Assembly (NCBI GenBank): GCA_040901675.1
Contig: JBBDYJ010000034.1
Location: 1-47,993 of the forward strand
Direction of reading: 5' to 3'
DNA from: Pirellulales bacterium
Lineage (GTDB): Bacteria; Planctomycetota; Planctomycetia; Pirellulales; JAICIG01
Length of the DNA: 47,993 bases
Shown here: in pieces, positions 39,171 to 47,993 of the stretch
How the letters are laid out: each line of letters opens with the position of its first letter
Numbering within the stretch: position 1 is the first letter of the stretch
Position numbers and translations under genes: made by a program
The notes under the pieces: generated by a model
What the model was told of the DNA's origin: nothing
Databases searched by the model: none
The model's input: only the letters and a program-made list of their open reading frames with translations

Positions 39171-40715
39171 TTGACGGCCGGCTCCGCGCTTTCGAAGATG
39201 CTGAACAAACCGGCGAGCGACCGATCCACAGCCCTCTGCATGTCTGCATGGCGGACGGCGAGCCGTTTCGTCCACAGGCAGCCAGGCATGCCCAGCCAGC
39301 GCACCAGCAGCCAAGGATGCGGTGACGCGCGCCGCGCTTTGTACCAAGCGTACCAGGCCAGAATCGAGGTGAACACGGCGATCAGCAGGGCCCTGGTCAG
39401 CTATCAGTCCAATCGGCGGCGGCCCTATTACCGATGGTTCAAATACAAGGAAGGTTTCTCCGCTGCCCTGGTTGAGTACCTGCTTGGACGGTTTACGCTG
39501 GAACCGGCCGCGATGCTCGACCCCTTTGCCGGTTCGGGTGCCGCGCTGTTCGCGAGTCGTGACCTCGGTTGGCAGGCCACGGGAATCGAGCTGTTGCCGG
39601 TCGGCGTGTTCGCCATGCAAGCCAGGCTGGCAGCCGCGAGGGTGACACACCGCACTTTGCGCAGCGCGGTGGAGCAGCTCGAAGCGCGTCTGCCGGGCTG
39701 CGATGCGGATCCGGCCCTGGCTTTCGCCCATCTGCCGATCACGCGGGGCGCTTTTCCCGACGAAACCGAGCGCGACCTGACGCGATACCGCACGTATCTG
39801 CGCGACCGCATTGCCGATCCCGATATCCGCCTGCTCCTGGACGCGGCCTGTCTGACCGTGCTGGAGCCGGTCAGCTACACCCGCAAGGACGGGCAGTATT
39901 TGCGTTGGGACGAACGAGCGCCGCGCGAATTGCCCGGAGGAAGGACGTTCAACAAGGGACGAATCCAGTCCTTCTCAGAAGCCGTCCGCGGGCAGTTGAA
40001 CGACATGCTCGAAGACATGTCCGAGATGGAGCTCGTTTCGCCCTCGCGGTCACCGCAGCCCGATCTTTCCATCCTGCAGGGCTCCTGTCTCCATCTGCTG
40101 CCGGCCATGCCTGCCCAAAGCTATGACCTGGTCATCACGTCTCCGCCGTATTGCAACCGGTATGACTACACCCGCACGTATGCCTTGGAGCTGGCGTATC
40201 TTGGCATCGACGTCGCCGCGCTCAAGGCCCTGAGGCAGGGCTTGCTCTCGTGCACGGTCGAGAATCGCGGCAAGGTGGATGAGCTGCGGAGCCAGTACGC
40301 TGCATCGCGAAACCTCGCCTTGTTCGAGCGGGCGATGCTGGCCTTTGAACGGCAGCAAGCGCTGCAGGAAGTGCTGGCCGTACTCGACGAAAAGGGCCGC
40401 TCGGGTCAGCTCAACAATGCCAACGTCCCCCGGATGGTCAAGAACTATTTCATCGAGTCGGCAGTCGTCGTTTTCGAGCTGGGCCGCGTCCTGCGCCCGG
40501 GCGGGCGCGTGATCATGATCAACGACAACGTGCAGTACGCTGGAGACGAAGTGCCCGTCGATTTGATTCTGTGCGACCTGGCGGCGGCCGCCGGGTTCGT
40601 CACGCAGCACATTTGGGCTTTGGGGCGCGGCAAGGGGAACAGCAGCCAGCAGATGGGGGCGCACGGCCGTAACGAGCTCCGAAAATGCGCCTACGTCTGG
40701 CGCTTGCAGCGCTAG
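39171..40715 (+). CDS. Site-specific DNA methyltransferase (N4-cytosine-type SPPY motif, alpha motif order), no adjacent endonuclease
   Basis: RWFKYKEGFS, LDPFAGSG (motif I), VITSPPYCNRYDY (motif IV), RVLRPGG; start uncertain. Confidence 0.88.
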   Translation: MTAGSALSKMLNKPASDRSTALCMSAWRTASRFVHRQPGMPSQRTSSQGCGDARRALYQAYQARIEVNTAISRALVSYQSNRRRPYYRWFKYKEGFSAALVEYLLGRFTLEPAAMLDPFAGSGAALFASRDLGWQATGIELLPVGVFAMQARLAAARVTHRTLRSAVEQLEARLPGCDADPALAFAHLPITRGAFPDETERDLTRYRTYLRDRIADPDIRLLLDAACLTVLEPVSYTRKDGQYLRWDERAPRELPGGRTFNKGRIQSFSEAVRGQLNDMLEDMSEMELVSPSRSPQPDLSILQGSCLHLLPAMPAQSYDLVITSPPYCNRYDYTRTYALELAYLGIDVAALKALRQGLLSCTVENRGKVDELRSQYAASRNLALFERAMLAFERQQALQEVLAVLDEKGRSGQLNNANVPRMVKNYFIESAVVVFELGRVLRPGGRVIMINDNVQYAGDEVPVDLILCDLAAAAGFVTQHIWALGRGKGNSSQQMGAHGRNELRKCAYVWRLQR

Positions 40716-40730
40716 CAAGAATGGGACCGA

Positions 40731-41885
40731 TCACTCGCCATAGAACCGGCGGGCGACTTGCTCGGCGTGGAACAACAGCCACTCGTGACGCGTATATACG
40801 GCATGGCCGGCCAGGTGCTGTGCCAGGTTGCCGGCGGGCGGACCGTAGTCGACCAGAAGCGTCGTGCCTTTGTCGGCGACGCGGACGCCTAGCTTCAAGC
40901 GGGCCAGCAAATCGCGCCCAGACAAGCCGGGCTGGAGCAGGCGGTTGAGCCGCTGATCGGCAAGCCAGGCCCGCCAAGCCAGCACGGCGGGCATCGCGTT
41001 GGTGCCGGCGATGCCCACCTGCTGCACGTAGTCGCCGCCCGCCGCCTGGAATACGTCTTCGACCTTGGGTGGAAACACCGCCAGGTGCTCCGGCAGGCCG
41101 GGCGAAGGCCGGTGGTTGACAAAGTGCAGCAGCCGGTCGAATCCCCGCTCGTCCCAGCCGTAGCGGACCGGCGTTCCGAACGTGACCAGGTCCAGCGGTC
41201 GCCCCGCTAGGCGCTGGGGGTTTTGGGTCAGCAATTGCCGCACACGATGCCAGACCGGGATGTCGATCACTCCCGGGAAGGGCCAGCGATAGTAGATCTC
41301 CGTCGCCGCGAAGAATCGTTCCACGGTCTCGGCGTCGCCGGACAAAAGGTTGGTCAACAGGGCGAATACGTTGCCCGCGTGGCTATGCCCCCATACCAGC
41401 ACGCGCTGCCCCGGCGACAGCTCGAGCGAGGCCAGCTCGTCGATCAGGCGAACGGCGGCGTCGGCCCGGCCCAGGTGATGGTTTTCGCTCGACCAGTGGA
41501 AAAGGCGGACCGGAATCGTCTGCCCATCCGCGTCCAGCGACTCTTCGAACGATTCGGCGTATCGCGTGGTGTAGTTCCCCGCGTCGCCCGTGAAGGTGTC
41601 GATCATCCGCTTGGCGATCCGCCCGATCGCCTCGCGGCCCGCGGGATACCAGCGGCCGACCTCGGCCAGGATGCCCAAGGCATCCAGACCGGCGAACGTG
41701 CCGTGCACCAGGTAAACCGCAGCCACGTTGGCCGAGCGAAACGCCCGGCCCACCGAGCGCATCCGCTGGCGGAACGGCTCAGACCCGACGGGTGGGCACG
41801 GTGCGGCCTTTAACAGCAGGTGATGGGACGAAGTGGGGGGCAGATGTGTGTATGCCTGGTGGCGAAAGCGATTGGCTTCGGGCAG
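40731..41885 (-). CDS. Alpha/beta-hydrolase-like protein
   Basis: YLVHGTF, WGHSHAGN nucleophile elbow, VTFGTP; start uncertain, overlaps the upstream gene. Confidence 0.7.
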   Translation of the reverse strand: MPEANRFRHQAYTHLPPTSSHHLLLKAAPCPPVGSEPFRQRMRSVGRAFRSANVAAVYLVHGTFAGLDALGILAEVGRWYPAGREAIGRIAKRMIDTFTGDAGNYTTRYAESFEESLDADGQTIPVRLFHWSSENHHLGRADAAVRLIDELASLELSPGQRVLVWGHSHAGNVFALLTNLLSGDAETVERFFAATEIYYRWPFPGVIDIPVWHRVRQLLTQNPQRLAGRPLDLVTFGTPVRYGWDERGFDRLLHFVNHRPSPGLPEHLAVFPPKVEDVFQAAGGDYVQQVGIAGTNAMPAVLAWRAWLADQRLNRLLQPGLSGRDLLARLKLGVRVADKGTTLLVDYGPPAGNLAQHLAGHAVYTRHEWLLFHAEQVARRFYGE

Positions 41886-43281
41886 CGGCTGGTTGCGGCG
41901 GGTCGACGCGGTGCACGGGGACGTCCACCGGACTGACTGCGAGTGTACCAGACCAGGTCTCATAGGGCCTCCCTTTCCGCTCGTCGCCTTGGAAGAAAGC
42001 CAGGTAGGTCATCACGTCGGCCGGGATAAACTCGTGCTCTCCGGAGGCCAGTTGCGTTTGCCGGTGCACCCGACGCCAGGTGCCCGAGTTGAAGTAGACC
42101 TGGTTCAGCACGTAGCCTTCGGCAAAGCTGGCGTCCAAGGGCACGCTCTCGGCATGGTGCGTGTGGCCATAGACGATGTGCTTCGCCCGCCGGTTCCGAA
42201 AATCCTGCTCGGCCAGCGCATGGGCGGCATACGACTCGTGCTGCTTGCCACGCAGGCCGTGCAGCCAGCTTACCGTGCGGCTGGCCCATCCGATCGAAAG
42301 CCGCTTGCTGAACTTGAGCGCCCGCTCGAGCCCGTCGACCAGGTCCGCGGGGTTCCAGGTGTCGCGGGCCCGCACGAACGGGATCGAGAGGAAGTCGTCG
42401 GCCAGCCGGTCCCAGATCATTTTGACCTGTGTCCGGGTCGATGGAAATGGGCAGCTCCGTGCCAGCAGCCCATCGATCCAGACCGGCACCAGCAAGAGCG
42501 GCCTGACATTGTCGATTTCTCTGAGGCCCAGTAGGGCCGAGAGTGGCAGCTCGTCGCCCAGCTCGGCTTCGACGGCGGTCGTAAACCGGTTCAAGAGCTC
42601 GATGACGATTGCGTCGCCCAAGCTGCTGGCGTCGCGGTCGCCTTCGAAATTGAACGGGTCGTAGATGTCGCCGTGGCGGGCGAACATCTTGTGGCGCCGC
42701 ATCAGATCCAACAGTTCGCCCGACTCGGCCGGATCGTGCGGAAACGGCACGTCGGGCCGGTTGGCCAGCCCCATCTGGCGGACCACCATCTGCCGCAACC
42801 GATCGTAGTGGCTGCCGGGCAAGTGAAAAAGCCAGTCATGGTTGCCGACCATGTAATGGATCCGCACGGGCACGCCCATCCCCTCGGCCCCGGTCACCGG
42901 CCGGCCTTGGCTGCTGGCGGGCGGGACGCAAACAGCCCCCTCGACGGCCAGCCCCCGCAGCACGGCCAGCGAGGCCTCGTTGGCCGCCAGGATATCGCTG
43001 GTAATCTGGGCGATCTCGGAAGCCACTGCGGGATCGTTGGGACTGTTCCAGGGCTTCGCTTTCGACGTCTTCGACCAGCGCGTCGAGCGGATCACGTCCA
43101 GGATGTCGCCCAAGAGCACCAGGTCGATCCGGTCGATGGGGCGATAGCTGCCGTCGGCCCTGTACGAAGCGGCCACGGCCAGATCGGAGAGCCGTTGGGC
43201 AAAGATCTCGAATGCGCCGCTGGAGACGGTGGCCCCGCTGGTTCCGTCAGTCAGGTGCAGATCGCTGATGATGACGAGCAT
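41779..43281 (-). CDS. Calcineurin-like metallophosphoesterase
   Basis: ISDLH, GDILD, GNHD, HGD, GHTH, NSG motifs. Confidence 0.88.
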   Translation of the reverse strand: MLVIISDLHLTDGTSGATVSSGAFEIFAQRLSDLAVAASYRADGSYRPIDRIDLVLLGDILDVIRSTRWSKTSKAKPWNSPNDPAVASEIAQITSDILAANEASLAVLRGLAVEGAVCVPPASSQGRPVTGAEGMGVPVRIHYMVGNHDWLFHLPGSHYDRLRQMVVRQMGLANRPDVPFPHDPAESGELLDLMRRHKMFARHGDIYDPFNFEGDRDASSLGDAIVIELLNRFTTAVEAELGDELPLSALLGLREIDNVRPLLLVPVWIDGLLARSCPFPSTRTQVKMIWDRLADDFLSIPFVRARDTWNPADLVDGLERALKFSKRLSIGWASRTVSWLHGLRGKQHESYAAHALAEQDFRNRRAKHIVYGHTHHAESVPLDASFAEGYVLNQVYFNSGTWRRVHRQTQLASGEHEFIPADVMTYLAFFQGDERKGRPYETWSGTLAVSPVDVPVHRVDPPQPAAARSQSLSPPGIHTSAPHFVPSPAVKGRTVPTRRV

Positions 43282-43434
43282 CGCAACTTCCTTGTTGCTC
43301 GGAATGCCACGGACCGTGCGGGGCGACGGCTTGTCGGCTAGTATCGGCGTTTTCGCCGCGGCGGCATGACAATACCCGCCGGCATAACGCTCCGGCTTTG
43401 CCGAGCCGGGGTCGGCCCAACGGGTTTTGCCGTA

Positions 43435-44148
43435 TCACTTTATATGAAAATCGACCACGAGCGGCAGGTGGTCGCTGGCCCGCCGAGCCAGCGCCGTGGC
43501 CACGACCCGTGCATGCCGGATCTCGAACTGGCCGCGGTAGAAGGCCTTATCCAGCGATCCCAAGGCCAGGTAGGCCGGAAAAGTGCGGAACCGTGAGGGG
43601 GGAGCGGCGACCGGCTTGAAGCCGCGCCCGGCCAAAAGGCCGGGGGCCAGCGTGTTTCGCCAGTCGTTGAAGTCGCCGGCGATGAGCGTGGGCAGCTCCT
43701 GGGATTCGCGAAACAAGGCATGGTCGAGGGCATGGTTTACCTGCCATCGCCGCTCGCGCTCGCCGAGGCCCAGGTGCCAGTTGACCAGGTGCAGGTGTCC
43801 TTCGGGGGTCTCGACGACCGCAAATTGGGCGCCGCGCTGCTTCTTGCTGTTGTAGCGGAGCGAGATCTGGTGATGCCTGATCAACGGCCATCGCGACAAG
43901 AGGAGGTTGCCGTAGCCCCCCTGCCGCAGCCGCACGTTGCACTGGTACAGCGGCGACTGGCAGTGGAAGTATTCGGCCAGCAGGCGGGCCTGGTCGGAGT
44001 TTTTCGATCGCCGCACGTTGTGATCCACCTCCTGCAGGCAGATCAGGTCCGGGTTCTCCTGCTCGATCACCGCGATCACGCGCTCGAGCCGGTAGAGGCG
44101 GTCGCGCCCGCCAATGCCCTTGTGAATGTTGTAGCTGAGTAGACGCAT
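43435..44148 (-). CDS. Endonuclease/exonuclease/phosphatase-family protein
   Basis: SYNIHKG, LQEVD, GDFND, SDHLP. Confidence 0.93.
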   Translation of the reverse strand: MRLLSYNIHKGIGGRDRLYRLERVIAVIEQENPDLICLQEVDHNVRRSKNSDQARLLAEYFHCQSPLYQCNVRLRQGGYGNLLLSRWPLIRHHQISLRYNSKKQRGAQFAVVETPEGHLHLVNWHLGLGERERRWQVNHALDHALFRESQELPTLIAGDFNDWRNTLAPGLLAGRGFKPVAAPPSRFRTFPAYLALGSLDKAFYRGQFEIRHARVVATALARRASDHLPLVVDFHIK

Positions 44149-44244
44149 CAGGCAGCGGTACGCACGGCGGGCAGGGGAAATCCGAAGGTTCGACGTGAGG
44201 GCGAGTGTCCAGTGGGCCGGCTTTCCCGGCCGCCTGCCGGGAAG

Positions 44245-46383
<2,139 letters not shown>

Positions 46384-46406
46384 GCTAGTTGTCCACTCCG
46401 GGTCTT

Positions 46407-46540
46407 GTAGGATAGGCATCCTGCCTGTCTCGTCCTAGGGCATCCTGCCTGTCTCGCCGTAGTCGCATAGGCATCCTGTCTGCTCCTCCGAGTAGGATAG
46501 GCATCCTGCCTGTCTCGTCGTAGTCGCATCCTGCCTGTTC
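46407..46540. repeat. REP-like family D cluster (GTAGGATAGGCATCCTGCCTGTC and partial copies)
   Basis: Full copies at 46407-46429 and 46492-46514 plus three partial copies. Confidence 0.85.
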
Positions 46541-46722
46541 GTTCCAAACGGCATTCATGCCCCACTCCCTACCTTATATCTTCGCACCGCAAAAGGCCAC
46601 AGCCCGCCGGCGGACAGGGCAACGCGCCGCGACCCGGCCGGCATTCTGCACGCAGAGCGACGGCAACTCAACATGCCCGGCGCATATTGCCGGCGGCCCC
46701 CCGGCCCAGATACGATTCAAGC

Positions 46723-47886
46723 GTGAAACAGACCAAGGCCGAACTGGTGGCTGAAATCGCCCGCCTGCGCCACCGCCTGGCCGACCTGGAAAGCAGCGAA
46801 CGAGCCGCCTCCGGCCTCGGCGCGATCGAGCCGGGCCACGACCGGCTGGCCGCGGTCGAAGCCATTCTGGACAACACGCCGGCGGTGATCTACGTGAAGA
46901 ACAGCCAGGGGCGATACTTGCTGGCGAACCGCGCGTATGAGATCTTCTTTTGCCTGACCAGAGACCAGCTCATCGGGCGCACCGACCACGACATCTTTCC
47001 GGCCGAAGCGGCCGACGCCTTGCGAGCCAATGACCTGGCCGTGCTCGAGTCAGGCGCCGCCAGCCAGTTCGAGGAGGTGGTTCCGCAGGCCGGCGAAAGG
47101 CGCACCTACGTGTCGGTCAAGTTTCCGTTGGTCGACTCGGCCGGCAAGCCCTATGCGGTCTGCGGCATCTCCACCGACATCACCGAGCGCAAGCGGGCCG
47201 AAGAGCAGCTCACGAGCGAGCAGCGCTTCCTCAAACAGCTCATCCGGGCTCACGAGCGCGAGCGGCAACTCATCGCCTACGAGCTGCACGACGGCCTGGT
47301 GCAATACCTCAGCGGCGCCCTTTTGCACTTGGAAAGCGTCACCAGCGAGCAAGGCAAACTCTCGGAGAAAGGCCGAGCCGCCGTCGAGTTGGCGGTGCAC
47401 TTGTTGCGCCGCTCGATCGCCGAAGGGCGGCGGGTGATGAGCGGCCTGCGTCCCCCGATCTTGGACGAGGCGGGCGTCGTGCTGGCGATCGCCTACCTGG
47501 TTGCCGAGCAGTCGGTGCCCGGCAGCCTGCAGATCGACTTCATCCATCGCGTCTCGTTCGGCCGGCTGGAGCCGTTGCTGGAAGGCACGATCTACCGGAT
47601 CGTGCAGGAGTCGCTCAACAACATCAAGCGGCACAGCAAATCGCAACGCGCCGAAGTCAAGCTGCTCGAACGCGACGGGCGGATCCACCTCGAGGTGCGC
47701 GACTGGGGCGTGGGCTTCAACGCATCCGACGTTCCCGATGACCATTTCGGGCTGGAAGGAATCCGTAAGCGCGCCGCGCTGTTCGGCGGCCGCGCCACGA
47801 TCGAAAGCTGTCCCGGCGAGGGTACCCGCGTGATCGTCGACCTGCCGCTGGGAAAGGAGGAAGGAGGAACGAGGAAGGAGGAATAA
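46723..47886 (+). CDS. PAS-domain sensor histidine kinase (HisKA_3/NarX-like)
   Basis: PAS (ILDNTPAVIYVK...DITERK), ELHDGLVQ, QESLNNIKRHS, DWGVGF, FGLEGIRKR; TACGAT 6 nt before GTG 46723. Confidence 0.92.
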   Translation: MKQTKAELVAEIARLRHRLADLESSERAASGLGAIEPGHDRLAAVEAILDNTPAVIYVKNSQGRYLLANRAYEIFFCLTRDQLIGRTDHDIFPAEAADALRANDLAVLESGAASQFEEVVPQAGERRTYVSVKFPLVDSAGKPYAVCGISTDITERKRAEEQLTSEQRFLKQLIRAHERERQLIAYELHDGLVQYLSGALLHLESVTSEQGKLSEKGRAAVELAVHLLRRSIAEGRRVMSGLRPPILDEAGVVLAIAYLVAEQSVPGSLQIDFIHRVSFGRLEPLLEGTIYRIVQESLNNIKRHSKSQRAEVKLLERDGRIHLEVRDWGVGFNASDVPDDHFGLEGIRKRAALFGGRATIESCPGEGTRVIVDLPLGKEEGGTRKEE

Positions 47887-47993
47887 GAGAAGGGTTTTGC
47901 GGTGCCTGGAGGGTAAAGCCGCCGGGTGGCTGGGGCTAAGCGCTAGCGTGCCCCAGGGCGGCCGACTCGCCACCGCTTCCATACCACGCGACG

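Overview
High-GC bacterial chromosome segment, very probably Planctomycetota (Pirellulales-like). This rests on the HYExAFE protein, the PDZ-inserted Lgt, the QFSLxTLL membrane-anchor leaders and the 24-aa LRR genes. Positions 1 to ~13,870 are an accessory island abutting the 3' end of a tRNA-Arg(CCG) gene (13878-13951, minus strand). The island is a mosaic of small membrane-anchored genes. Four encode LRR proteins with hypervariable concave-face residues. A sigma70-type leaderless promoter recurs five times, four of them fused to the same N-terminal anchor. There are three MAERRWYRLH paralogs and three differently truncated remnants of one ParB-N/DNA-methylase gene, two of which keep a structured ~110-nt leader. 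A blaI gene with twin operators, a broken M56/BlaR1 gene and an amidohydrolase also lie here. No integrase or att duplication is visible in the window. Positions ~14,000-47,993 are mostly core genes: a DegT-family aminotransferase, hisS, a desaturase, purU-like, GT2, a folK-kinase fusion, panC, lgt, an ECF sigma/anti-sigma pair, gyrA, gmd/rmd-like/ugd, cutA, an orphan SPPY DNA methyltransferase, a metallophosphoesterase, an EEP protein, glgX and a PAS histidine kinase. Their intergenic spaces are crowded with REP-like hairpins and 7-mer tandem tracts, and there is a candidate unannotated structured RNA at ~22,700-23,050. All calls come from reading the sequence; no database searches were run.
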